Positions 21,050-30,670 are shown, counted from the whole stretch's first letter. The stretch is 63,099 bases of DNA, filler included, from a bacterium (GCA_030615855.1; 6 parts of 6 records of this genome joined end to end with filler, not necessarily neighbours in it); one strand, 5' to 3'. The notes: generated from the sequence alone by a model not told the origin. Numbers and translations: made by a program.

Positions 21050-21864
21050 TTCTCTTCCTCCCGCTCTTTAATTATTCTTCTAAATATCCTATCCCTCAAT
21101 TCTCTACACTCCTTCCCGGATTTACTCTCCTCATTCCACAGGGCTAAAAACTCCTCTTTAAAATCTTCTACTATTCTTTCCTCCCCTCCTCCAGAGAAGA
21201 GCATAAGGTTCTCCAAATTCTTGATCTCCGCAGACTCCGACCAGTTATAAGAACCAACCAGAAGGATCTGGCCATTGATGATGGCTGCTTTGTGGTGGAG
21301 GATGGAGGCCGTAGGATGAAAGTGGTCATAGTCTGGAGCCTTCTTCTCCCAGTTCCAGGAGAAGGCCGGATACCACTTGTATCTCACCTCAATGTTTGGT
21401 ATCGCCTTTCTTCTATATCTTACCACCAGCCAGTTCAGGGTCTTTTTAAACTTCTCCTCTCTCTCCAGTTCATCTTCAATATAACTCGTCTTCCTCTCTG
21501 CCACTCTCTTATAATTCTCCATCCTCCCAGAGATGATATCTTCAATGTCTGGGGTGACGTGGTATTCCCCTCTTTTGAGCTGACTGAGGTCGGCCAATAT
21601 CCTTATCTTTAACCTCGGGTTATCCCGAGCCATGCGTAATAGTTCATCCCTTAACCTCAGGGAAGTGAAACTGAAGATGAAGATATCAATCGTTCCCTCT
21701 TTGCCTTCCCTGGCTGCCTCCTCTGCCTTCCGGAAGCCAGCAATCAGGACATCATCCAGGCACTGCTGGCTATTGAAGTAGACCTCCACCTTAGCATGAG
21801 AAACCAAGGAACATAAGAAGAGCCCTATCAACAGCCCTAATACTATCTTTTTCCCTTTATTCAT
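21046..21864 (-). CDS. exported single-domain phospholipase D/nuclease-family protein
   Basis: Signal peptide; IDIFIFSFT; HHKAAIIN...GSYNWS...NLEN. Confidence 0.75.
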   Translation of the reverse strand: MNKGKKIVLGLLIGLFLCSLVSHAKVEVYFNSQQCLDDVLIAGFRKAEEAAREGKEGTIDIFIFSFTSLRLRDELLRMARDNPRLKIRILADLSQLKRGEYHVTPDIEDIISGRMENYKRVAERKTSYIEDELEREEKFKKTLNWLVVRYRRKAIPNIEVRYKWYPAFSWNWEKKAPDYDHFHPTASILHHKAAIINGQILLVGSYNWSESAEIKNLENLMLFSGGGEERIVEDFKEEFLALWNEESKSGKECRELRDRIFRRIIKEREEEK

Positions 21865-21931
21865 CGCTCTTCACTCTAACGATAGACGATTTCCGCCCTC
21901 GTCCAACTGATCACCGATCACAGATCACTGA

Positions 21932-24019
21932 TCACTGTTTCTTAATCAACCACTTCCCATTCCTCCAGAGGAGATCGAACTCTCCCTGAAAGGCACGAAT
22001 TAAGGAAGGGTTATCCTTAAAGAAGAACCTATCCTCTGTATAGAGGGTATTTGCCTTGCGCTCTATATTGGCACTTCCGTTGAAGAGGTATTTGCCATCC
22101 AGGATGCCGAACTTCTCGTGCATGGTCCGGAAGGTGATGCCAATCTCCTTCTCTATTTTCTCTGGATCCAGAACCTTTATTTCTATAACAGGTTTTATGC
22201 TCTTCAACTCCTCAATGAGGGGATTGATAATGGGATTTCCTTCGTCATCCTTAATAGAGGTATCTAAGAAGAGCCTGATCTTCACCCCCCTCTGATTGGC
22301 AGCCAATAATTCCCGATACTCCCAGGTATTAGAACTGAAGATGTAAGAAACGATGTCGATGCTCTTCTCACTTCTCCTTATGAGATCGATGAGCGGCCAA
22401 GAGAGGTCTCCCGGTTTTACTACTTCCTCCCCCTTCACCGGGTCCCAGACCAAGACCTTCTTATTACGATTTACTTCAGCATATCCCCTTTCTGGAGAAA
22501 AGAAGACCCTACTCTCTCTTTTTAGAATCTGGATCCTTCCTTCAATTCCAGGACCCTCTATCGGTGAATTCTCTCTAATATACTCCTCCTCCAGATCCCT
22601 CAATCTCTTTCCCGTATCCTTAACATTCCTCCCTTTCTTGAAGGGCTCCTCATTGTAGGCTAAATAGTTATTGGTCACCATGGAATAGGTTCTCTCAAAG
22701 TCAAGAGGCTCTCCCTTTATCTTCACCTCCAGAAGCCTCTTCTCCTCTGGATCATAGACCAGGTTCAGACCCGATACCTGGAGGATCCCTGCCCGGCCCA
22801 TGCTCTCCTCCAGGATCTGCCAGATCTCTCTTCCGGAAAAATCCATAGTAACCAAGGTATTGCCGAAGGGGGAGACCTGATAGATATCTCTCTTAGTTAT
22901 CTCTCCCTTTGGGATATCTTCCCTTATTCCAAAACTATTTTGAAAAGCGATATTCGTTCCGGTAAAATCTCTCATGAGATCTGCCTGCCAGTTCCCAAGA
23001 TTAGACTCTCTTAGGCCTTCTGGATCCCGTCTTATCTCCTCCCGAGCCTCCCCGATTACTTCACCCATCTCCTCTCTCACCTTAGAGGTGGCGCTCTCAA
23101 CTAAGGAGGCCATTCTTTCATCCGGTGGATATTCATCTTGCCAGAGGGTGATGATCTCTCCCTTAGCCTTGAGGATCTTCTTCCTTCTCTTATCGATTAC
23201 CAAATCAAGGCGGCCGAGATAAGCCCCCAGCCCCTTCGTCTGGCAGATGATGGTCTTATACTTAGGAGAGATTACCGGGGGATGAAGTTCTCTTTCATAA
23301 TGGCCTCCAATGATGATATCTATCCCGGAAACACTTTCTGCCAACTGATAGTCAGTAATCTCCTCCTTCTCCTCAGGATCAAATCCTAAATGGGTAAGGG
23401 CGATGATGATGTCTGCTTTCTCCTCCAATTTCTTGAGGCACTCTTCTGCAGTAGGTATTACTTCTTTAAATCTCAAACCCTCACAGATTGAAGTGGGAGT
23501 AGTGAGCCCGAAAATTCCAAACCTTATTCCTCTTATCTCCTTAATAATATATGGTAGGGCGTATTCTACTCTCTTTCCTGTTTTCTCATCAATGATATTG
23601 GCGCTCAGGAAAGGAAACTGGGCCATCTCTGCTAAGCGTTTTACATTCTCATTCCCCTGGTCATAGTCATGATTCCCTATGGTTAAAGCATCGTAGCCCA
23701 GTTCATTCATTACTTTAATCATTGCTTCTCCACCAGTGAAGTCTCCCTCTGGTGTCCCCTGGAAGAAGTCCCCAGCATCTAAGAGCAGGTCGTAGCTCAT
23801 CCCTTTTAAACAAGTAGCCAGAGAGGCACTCCCCCCGATCAAGGGCTTGGGATCTTTCTCTACCCATCTTGCCTCATAGGGAAGGATCCTTCCCTGCAGG
23901 TCATTGGTATAGAGGATGCTGACTTTCTCTTTAGAGAGACCTTGATAGAAAAAATGGCCTCCAATAAGAAGGCCAATTACTACTATACTTAAGATAAGAA
24001 TCTTCTTCTTAGAAACCAT
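21932..24019 (-). CDS. membrane-anchored 5'-nucleotidase fused to a C-terminal PLD/nuclease domain
   Basis: N-terminal TM; TND, DAGDFFQG, GNHDYD, THLG, GGH; 5'NT C-domain (PFGN); then MHEKFGILD..GSAN. Confidence 0.8.
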   Translation of the reverse strand: MVSKKKILILSIVVIGLLIGGHFFYQGLSKEKVSILYTNDLQGRILPYEARWVEKDPKPLIGGSASLATCLKGMSYDLLLDAGDFFQGTPEGDFTGGEAMIKVMNELGYDALTIGNHDYDQGNENVKRLAEMAQFPFLSANIIDEKTGKRVEYALPYIIKEIRGIRFGIFGLTTPTSICEGLRFKEVIPTAEECLKKLEEKADIIIALTHLGFDPEEKEEITDYQLAESVSGIDIIIGGHYERELHPPVISPKYKTIICQTKGLGAYLGRLDLVIDKRRKKILKAKGEIITLWQDEYPPDERMASLVESATSKVREEMGEVIGEAREEIRRDPEGLRESNLGNWQADLMRDFTGTNIAFQNSFGIREDIPKGEITKRDIYQVSPFGNTLVTMDFSGREIWQILEESMGRAGILQVSGLNLVYDPEEKRLLEVKIKGEPLDFERTYSMVTNNYLAYNEEPFKKGRNVKDTGKRLRDLEEEYIRENSPIEGPGIEGRIQILKRESRVFFSPERGYAEVNRNKKVLVWDPVKGEEVVKPGDLSWPLIDLIRRSEKSIDIVSYIFSSNTWEYRELLAANQRGVKIRLFLDTSIKDDEGNPIINPLIEELKSIKPVIEIKVLDPEKIEKEIGITFRTMHEKFGILDGKYLFNGSANIERKANTLYTEDRFFFKDNPSLIRAFQGEFDLLWRNGKWLIKKQ

Positions 24020-24156
24020 TTCTTTTTTTCCTTAACCTACCTTCGGCAAATTTGCCGATTATCGTTAATCGGTTGCGGTTGCATATATTAAGGATGGGGA
24101 TGGGTAGTGAATTGTGCAACCTTTCAACGTATGACGAAGTAACTTCTTCCTAATTT

Positions 24157-24185
24157 ACCATAGCATAAAAGAATATCAATGTCAA
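24157..24185 (-). promoter_or_regulatory. sigma70-like promoter for the nucleotidase/ABC operon
   Basis: TTGACA-17 bp-TATGGT with extended TG. Confidence 0.55.
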
Positions 24186-24302
24186 CGATTGCTTATCTTC
24201 TTCCCGATTTACTCTGTCAGATAAGACCCAAAACAACCTTTGGCATAGTATTCTTTATTCCTTCTGTTACATAAAGGACGAGTTCAATATTACCGTTGCC
24301 AT

Positions 24303-25052
24303 CTATCTAACGGGGTTAATGATGCTGGCTAAGTATCCGGCGCCGAAGCCATTATCGATATTGACTACCGCCACACCACTTGAGCAGGTATTGAGCATAG
24401 TGAGAAGGGCTGAAAGGCCCTTGAAGCTCGCCCCATAGCCCACAGAGGTGGGAACAGCGATCACAGGGCAAGAGACAAGACCAGCGATGACGCTTGCCAG
24501 GGCCCCTTCCATTCCGGCAATGACGATAATAACCTTTGCTTTTAAGAGCCTCTCTTTTTGAGCAAGCAATCTTTGGAGGCCGGCCACGCCAATATCATAT
24601 ATCTTCTCTACTCTATTTCCCATAATCTTCAGGGTGACGATGGCCTCTTCTGCTACCGGGATATCTGCTGTTCCTGCGGTGACTACTAAGACTACTCCCC
24701 TCTTAACCCTTGGCTTCTTTTTCTGGATGGAGATTATTCTTCCTTCCTTATAGTACTTACAATTTGGGAAGCGTTTCTTAATTGCTCTATATATCTTTTC
24801 GCTTGCCCTAGTGGCTACACAGTCGCTTCCCCTCTTCACCATGCTATCTATAATCTTCTCTATCTGTCCTGTGTTCTTTCCCGGACAAAGAATGACCTCA
24901 GGAAATCCTTTTCTCAAGGCCCGATGGGTATCTATCTTGGCAAATCCCAGATCCTCAAAGGGCAGGAAGCGTAGTTCATTCATAGCCTCATCAATCCCTA
25001 TCTTCCCTGCCTTCACTTTTTTCAACAGTCTCTCAATATCCTTAGCATCCAT
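24303..25052 (-). CDS. larB: nickel-pincer cofactor carboxylase LarB
   Basis: DTHRALRKGFPE, AGTADIPVAEEA, AGMEGAL, VNIDNGFGAG. Confidence 0.9.
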   Translation of the reverse strand: MDAKDIERLLKKVKAGKIGIDEAMNELRFLPFEDLGFAKIDTHRALRKGFPEVILCPGKNTGQIEKIIDSMVKRGSDCVATRASEKIYRAIKKRFPNCKYYKEGRIISIQKKKPRVKRGVVLVVTAGTADIPVAEEAIVTLKIMGNRVEKIYDIGVAGLQRLLAQKERLLKAKVIIVIAGMEGALASVIAGLVSCPVIAVPTSVGYGASFKGLSALLTMLNTCSSGVAVVNIDNGFGAGYLASIINPVR

Positions 25053-25078
25053 TTCGACTTCTTTCTCTAACCAGAATA

Positions 25079-25407
25079 GGTTAACAAGTTAACAAGGATA
25101 CAAGTTAACAAGATATAGGTTAGGTCAAAGGGTAACGGTAACGAAGCCCGTATCGGTAACGTTGATAGGCTAGGTAAATTTAAAGAGAATATCAGATTAT
25201 CAGAGCATCAGATGGAGAAAGGCAGATATCAGAATTCAGATTAAATCTGATATTCTGGCCATCTGAAATCTCATTCTGGTATTCTGATGTTCTGATACTC
25301 TTTTTTACGACCGCCGTAACCGTAACCGCTAAACGAAACGGGCATCGTAACCCTAACCGTAACTGGATGTTGCCTTATTAACTTGTCAACTAATCAACTT
25401 GTCAACT
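25079..25407. repeat. three nested inverted tandem-repeat pairs (A-B-C-C'-B'-A')
   Basis: A GTTAACAA / A' CTTGTCAA; B GGTAAC / B' GTAACC with GCCCGT/ACGGGC; C ATATCAGA / C' TCTGATAT. Confidence 0.85.
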
Positions 25408-26210
25408 GTCTTGAGGGCTTCATCCATACTCCCGCTTCGATAGCCCTCCAGATCGAGGGCGATATAGGTATAGCCCATTCTTTTCAATCTATTGATAACC
25501 TTTTTTCTTATATCTTTCTTCACCAGGATTTTTATTTCTCTTGGATTGACCTCAATCCTTGCCATATCTTCATGATCTCTTAAACGTACCTCTTTTAGGC
25601 CAAGACCTCTCAAGAACTCCTCACCCTTCTCTATCCTTTCTAGTCTCTTTTTGGTTATTCTCTCTCCATAGGGGATCCTGGTCGCCAGACAGGTCTGAGA
25701 AGGGCTATTCCAGGTGGAAAGTCCTAATTCCTTAGATAGCTTGCGGATCTCTTTTTTCCTCAATCCTACCTCTGCCAAGGGACTCCTTATTTTCAATTCC
25801 CTTAAGGCCTTCTTGCCTGGACGAAAGGACCTCAGATCATCGTAGTTTGAACCATCGAGAACAAACCGAAGACCGTTCTTTCTAGCAATTCTCTTTAATT
25901 CCTTAAAAAGTTCTTTTTTGCAGAAGTAACATCTATCAGCGGTGTTTTTAATAAAATCTTCATTCCCGCATTCCCGGGAATGTGAGATGAGATGTTTCAC
26001 CCTCAATTGCCGGGCTAACTCCTTTGCTTCCTTCACTTCATAAGAGAAGTGGATGGGTGAGGAGGAGGTCACTGCCACTACCTTATTCCTTAAGACATCA
26101 GAGGCTACCTTTAATAGGAAGGTAGAATCCACCCCACCAGAGAAAGCGATTAAAGTACTTCTCATCTCTTTCAAATTTTCTTCAAGTCTTTTTAACTTTT
26201 TATTCGCCAA
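25386..26210 (-). CDS. larE: ATP-dependent sulfur transferase LarE
   Basis: AFSGGVDS, RCYFCK, DGSNYDD, RPG, SQTCLATRIPYG. Confidence 0.9.
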   Translation of the reverse strand: MANKKLKRLEENLKEMRSTLIAFSGGVDSTFLLKVASDVLRNKVVAVTSSSPIHFSYEVKEAKELARQLRVKHLISHSRECGNEDFIKNTADRCYFCKKELFKELKRIARKNGLRFVLDGSNYDDLRSFRPGKKALRELKIRSPLAEVGLRKKEIRKLSKELGLSTWNSPSQTCLATRIPYGERITKKRLERIEKGEEFLRGLGLKEVRLRDHEDMARIEVNPREIKILVKKDIRKKVINRLKRMGYTYIALDLEGYRSGSMDEALKTVDKLIS

Positions 26211-26213
26211 TTG

Positions 26214-27146
26214 CTAATATTTTATCTCCTTCATCAATTCCTTGATAGATTTTTTTATAGTCTCTGCTGATCTATTTAAAGCCTCCCTTTCCTCTTTATT
26301 TAATTCTAACTCTACTATCTCTTCTATTCCCTCTCTGCCCAGCCTTGCCGGGACACCGATACAGATATCGTCCAACCCGTACTGGCCTGATAAGTAGGCT
26401 GAGGTGGGTATTACCTCCTTTTTATCCTTGATTATGGACTCGATCATTGAATAGGCTGAAGCCGATGGTCCATAATAGGCACTACCTGTTCTTAAAAGGG
26501 AAACGATCTTTGCCCCAGTCTCACGAGTCTGAGCAATTAATTCCTCTATCTTCTCTTTAGAGAGCAACTGGGTAAGGGGGGTGCCGGAAACCGTAGAATG
26601 GCGAGGCAGAGGCACCATAGTCTTATCATGACCCCCCAAAACCACAGCCTCAATCTGTGAGACCGGCACATTTAGTTCCTGGGCAATTAATGTGCTAAAT
26701 CGAGCAGAGTCTAAAACCCCGGCTACCCCAAAGACCCTCTGCAGCTTAAAGCCACTTAGCTTATATGCCAAGTAGGTCATGACATCTAAGGGGTTAGTAA
26801 CCACGAGTATCATGGAATCTGGGGAGTGAGTGGTGACCTTTGAGACCACATCCTTTATAATATGGGCATTCTTTTTTAATAAATCTTTCCTTTCCATCCC
26901 CGGCTTCCGACTTAACCCGGCGCTAATGACCACCACATCCGAGCCAACAATCTCTTTATAATCATTCGTCCCGGTGATCTTTCTATGATGACCTACAATT
27001 GGTGCTGCGGTAGAAAGGTCCAGGGCCTTACCTTGGGGGAGGCCCTCTATCATATCCAATAAAACCACATCACATAGGTCACTCTCCGCAATTCTCATGC
27101 CGATCAGGGCTCCCACGTTTCCTGCTCCAATAATACTGACCTTCAT
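26214..27146 (-). CDS. mdh: malate dehydrogenase (LDH-like)
   Basis: IIGAGNVG, RKPGMER, VTNPLD, LDSARF, GGH. Confidence 0.9.
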   Translation of the reverse strand: MKVSIIGAGNVGALIGMRIAESDLCDVVLLDMIEGLPQGKALDLSTAAPIVGHHRKITGTNDYKEIVGSDVVVISAGLSRKPGMERKDLLKKNAHIIKDVVSKVTTHSPDSMILVVTNPLDVMTYLAYKLSGFKLQRVFGVAGVLDSARFSTLIAQELNVPVSQIEAVVLGGHDKTMVPLPRHSTVSGTPLTQLLSKEKIEELIAQTRETGAKIVSLLRTGSAYYGPSASAYSMIESIIKDKKEVIPTSAYLSGQYGLDDICIGVPARLGREGIEEIVELELNKEEREALNRSAETIKKSIKELMKEIKY

Positions 27147-27149
27147 GGT

Positions 27150-28199
27150 TTAATCTATCTCTTTCAGACTAATTAGACGATGGTTTCTCCAGTTGAACTT
27201 GAGCCTCTTCCTCTTCTTATATGCTCTTCCCTGCAGAATGGCACCCACTAAGAGTGGTAAACCAATGGTGGAGTCGATGTAGGTGGTGGCCTTCTTGGCC
27301 TTCCTGGCCACCTTTCCCCAGGACTGGGCCTCCTCCAAGGTGCATCCTGATAGACCCCCCCAGTGAGGAGCATCTGCCGTTAATTGAATGGCATAGTCGT
27401 GTCCCTTCGTCTGGCCCCGGGGAATAATCTCTAAAGATTCTAAGGTGACTGTGGCCTGCTGGATGAAGTTCTTGGGATAGCCACCAGAGACATAGACCAC
27501 TCCCGTCTTCTTAGTCTTCATCACCAGCTGGGTGATCTCATAATTATCCAGGATAGCATCGATTACAATATGATTCTTATTCCAATAGTAATGCATGGTA
27601 AGCGCGATGCCGATTGAGGAGTCATTCAGTGCCGGGCAGATCACCGGGATGCCATGCTTAGCTGCGGTATATAGAATGGAGTTCTCATCCTTTAATCTCT
27701 TACCCAGTATCTTTAAGAATTCACTTGAGGAATAGGTCCTCTTGGGAAGTTTATCCGCAATGGCGCATATCGCCTTATCCGTGGTATCGAAGGTCGCCTC
27801 ATCCACATAGGTATCGTAGATGCGATTGATATATAACTTTCTCAACAAAACATCGTCTGCATAGGGGGTTCCCACATAGAATTTACTACCTCTGGCCAAG
27901 GCAAAGTCTTGATAGAGGTTTCCACCCGTAGCTACCAGGCAATCAACCAAGTTATACCCTATCATATCCCGGATGACCTTCCTTAAGCCTCCCGCCATAA
28001 GGGGGCCGGCTAACCCCAGAAATATAAAGGGGCGATCTGGGTCCTTCAGGCAGTCCTCATAGACCTGAAGGCACCTGCCTAAGTTCCGCGACTGAATGGA
28101 TGATTTCTCAAATGCCTTTAGTAGCCCTCTAATATCCCTTATTTTCTCAAGATCGATCTGCTCCACTTCTTTACTTAAAACCTCTTCTTTTGTTACCAT
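27150..28199 (-). CDS. deoxyhypusine synthase-like protein
   Basis: DSSIG, GGYPKNF, WGGLSGCTLEEAQSWGK; AAGGAGGT RBS before ATG 28199. Confidence 0.85.
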   Translation of the reverse strand: MVTKEEVLSKEVEQIDLEKIRDIRGLLKAFEKSSIQSRNLGRCLQVYEDCLKDPDRPFIFLGLAGPLMAGGLRKVIRDMIGYNLVDCLVATGGNLYQDFALARGSKFYVGTPYADDVLLRKLYINRIYDTYVDEATFDTTDKAICAIADKLPKRTYSSSEFLKILGKRLKDENSILYTAAKHGIPVICPALNDSSIGIALTMHYYWNKNHIVIDAILDNYEITQLVMKTKKTGVVYVSGGYPKNFIQQATVTLESLEIIPRGQTKGHDYAIQLTADAPHWGGLSGCTLEEAQSWGKVARKAKKATTYIDSTIGLPLLVGAILQGRAYKKRKRLKFNWRNHRLISLKEID

Positions 28200-28397
28200 C
28201 TCCACCTCCTTTATATACAGATTTCCACAGATATTTACAGATCAACACAGATCACAGATAATTGCGAATCTTTGAGAATATCAGAATATCAGAGTATCAG
28301 AATGAGAATTCAGAAATCAGATTTCAGATTTTATCTGGTATTCTAGTAATCTGATACTCTTTTCACTTTGCATTGCTAATTTTGCATTTTTCATTTT

Positions 28398-29294
28398 TCA
28401 TTTTCCACTTTTAATTGTTGACCGGTAGTCTCTTATGCCCTCTTCAATGCTATATCTCGCTTCAAAGCCCAATAATTCCTTTACTCTTCTAGTATCTGCT
28501 CTTGTCTCATTCTGATAGAAGGAATAAGGGTTGTCGAAGTACTCTGGCTTGAAAGAAGTCCCCAGGACTTCGTTTAGAATCTCTATTATCCTATTAAAAG
28601 TTATGGCAACCCCCGTTCCCACATTCACAATCCCCGATTCCTTGGCCTTCACGGCCCTTATGGTAGCATCGACCACATCCTTTACATAGATAAAGTCCCG
28701 TGACTGCTCTCCATACTTGAAAATCCTCGGATTCTTATTCGCTTTCATCTGTTGGGCAAGCTGATAGATCATACTGGCCGCCTTCTTCTTATACCTTTCC
28801 CGCGGGCCATAGACATTGAAGTATCTTAAGCCTACTATCTTAATCTCATCTTTATGCCTCATGGCCTCTTCATCCATGAGGGACTTGGACCGGGCATAGG
28901 CGTTCTGAGGGGACAATTTCTGATCCTCTCGCATGGGACAGGGACCATTCCCATAGACCCCGGCAGATGAGGCATAGACCAGAATCGCTCTTTCCTTCAG
29001 GACAAAGTCCAATACCTTCTTAAATCCCCCAAGATTGACTTCCACCATCTTTTTTCCGTCACTAAAGGTAGTATCTGTGATTGAAGCCTGATGAAAGACG
29101 ACATCCATATCCTTAAACTGGAAAAGGTTCATACTAGTAATATCATCTATTACCAAATTTCCCCTAAAGCCTGTTAGATTCTCAGTATTCCCACCTAATA
29201 GGTTATCTACTACTGTAATATCATTATCTCTCTGTAAGGTTAAAGCGAGGTTAGAACCGATGAACCCCACCCCTCCTGTGATTAGAATTTTCAT
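28398..29294 (-). CDS. rfaD: NAD-dependent epimerase, ADP-L-glycero-D-manno-heptose 6-epimerase-like
   Basis: ITGGVGFIG, YASSAGVYG, YARSK, GLRYFNVYGPRE..K..ASM. Confidence 0.7.
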   Translation of the reverse strand: MKILITGGVGFIGSNLALTLQRDNDITVVDNLLGGNTENLTGFRGNLVIDDITSMNLFQFKDMDVVFHQASITDTTFSDGKKMVEVNLGGFKKVLDFVLKERAILVYASSAGVYGNGPCPMREDQKLSPQNAYARSKSLMDEEAMRHKDEIKIVGLRYFNVYGPRERYKKKAASMIYQLAQQMKANKNPRIFKYGEQSRDFIYVKDVVDATIRAVKAKESGIVNVGTGVAITFNRIIEILNEVLGTSFKPEYFDNPYSFYQNETRADTRRVKELLGFEARYSIEEGIRDYRSTIKSGK

Positions 29295-29429
29295 TCTCAC
29301 TCCTCTCCAATCAAGTTCGAACAACGCATGGAATAATGATTTAGCCTTCTTAAAGGAGGGACGGGGTGAACCTCCGCTCCCTCAGTGATTAATATCCTCA
29401 TACTTTTTCTCCTTGTCCCGTTGATAATC

Positions 29430-29458
29430 AAACTAACACAAAAGGATAGACCTGTCAA
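29430..29458 (-). promoter_or_regulatory. sigma70-like promoter for the rfaD-like gene
   Basis: TTGACA-17 bp-TAGTTT with extended TG. Confidence 0.5.
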
Positions 29459-29505
29459 CCCCGATACGCAGATTTCTTTATTTTGCTTACTGCTTGGGCT
29501 TTAAA

Positions 29506-29678
29506 AAACGCTGGCACTCAACGCACTTCGTTTGCCTTGAGGCGTTAGCCTCTGATAATCTGCGGTCATTGCTTGATTTCGAGCAAAGTGAGAAACAAGG
29601 TTCTTGAGCGAAGCGAAAGGCTTCCTTATATTCATGCTCTCTCGGATGCCAGCGAAGCGCATCCGGCATCTGCGTTTA
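29506..29678. repeat. dispersed structured element, copy 1 (copy 2 at 41915-42086)
   Basis: About 120-nt core with 3 mismatches to copy 2; ends AAACGC...GCGTTT. Confidence 0.9.
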
Positions 29679-29682
29679 AGAC

Positions 29683-29711
29683 TTGACAATCTGAAGAAAG
29701 TAGTTTACAAT
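29683..29711 (+). promoter_or_regulatory. sigma70 promoter for the M23 peptidase gene
   Basis: TTGACA-17 bp-TACAAT, then GGAGG RBS. Confidence 0.75.
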
Positions 29712-29728
29712 TATTCTGGGAGGAGAAA

Positions 29729-30613
29729 ATGGTAAAACCCAAGAAGGTCTTAACCATTATGTTCATTCCTCATGGTCAGAGGAGGACCAGGAGTCTGCGC
29801 ATCTCCTATCCCCTCTTCTCTTGCCTGGTCGGTCTCTTCTGCCTCCTTCTGGTCACCTCCGCCCTCTTTCTCACAAGGTATCACAAATACAGAAGGACAC
29901 TAAGGATAAATAAGGAGTTAGTAGAAGAGGTGACTGAATTTGAGAGAGCCATGAGGGTAGTGGGAGAGTTAGAGACCAAATTAAGGATAATGACCGATAC
30001 AGAGAAAGAGGGAATCGCTACTGGCGGGCCAACAGAGGAGAGGCTATCCGATCTTTTAAAATATATTGAAGAGAGACCTACCCTGGCCTTAGAAGATGTA
30101 AGGGCCTTAGAGAGGCGAGCGGTCTTACAGGCCAAGAGCCTGAAAGAGCTTGCCCAAATATTGGAAGGGCAGACCATAGAGTTGGCCCATACTCCATCGG
30201 TGAGCCCAGTAAAGGGAAGGGCCTGGGTCACCTCCCTCTTTGGCAAGCGGCGGGATCCCTTCACCAGGCGCTGGAGGATGCATGAGGGGCTGGACCTCGC
30301 TGCCCGGCATAGGACATCCATTATCGCTACCGCAGATGGTAGGGTAAGGTTCTCAGGACGAAAGGGAACCTGGGGAAATGTGGTTATTATTGATCATCGC
30401 TATTATGGCTTTGAGACCCGGTATGCCCATAATAGAAGAAACCTTGTCAAGACGGGGCAAGAGGTGAAGAGATACCAGAAGATTGCTGAGTTGGGATCGA
30501 GTGGTCGCACCACCGGCCCCCATGTCCACTATGAAGTAAGAAAGCTAGGTAAACCCATCAATCCCATGCTGCATATTGTCAATTTAGAAGACATTGGACG
30601 AGAGAGTTATTAA
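29729..30613 (+). CDS. membrane-anchored M23 metallopeptidase
   Basis: N-terminal TM, coiled coil, HEGLD, YAHN, TGPHVHYE. Confidence 0.9.
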   Translation: MVKPKKVLTIMFIPHGQRRTRSLRISYPLFSCLVGLFCLLLVTSALFLTRYHKYRRTLRINKELVEEVTEFERAMRVVGELETKLRIMTDTEKEGIATGGPTEERLSDLLKYIEERPTLALEDVRALERRAVLQAKSLKELAQILEGQTIELAHTPSVSPVKGRAWVTSLFGKRRDPFTRRWRMHEGLDLAARHRTSIIATADGRVRFSGRKGTWGNVVIIDHRYYGFETRYAHNRRNLVKTGQEVKRYQKIAELGSSGRTTGPHVHYEVRKLGKPINPMLHIVNLEDIGRESY

Positions 30614-30627
30614 GACTCCGAGATTTT

Positions 30628-30659
30628 AAAAGACTATTCTTTAAGGAATAGTCTTTTTT
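30628..30659 (+). terminator. intrinsic terminator
   Basis: AAAAGACTATTC-ttaa-GGAATAGTCTTTTTT. Confidence 0.7.
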
Positions 30660-30670
30660 CTTAGGTGATA

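Noticed and set aside
29506-29678. Calling the dispersed element 6S RNA or a known riboswitch
   Set aside because: Length is similar, but no diagnostic motif was recognised and the two copies have different inserts; left unassigned pending an Rfam search
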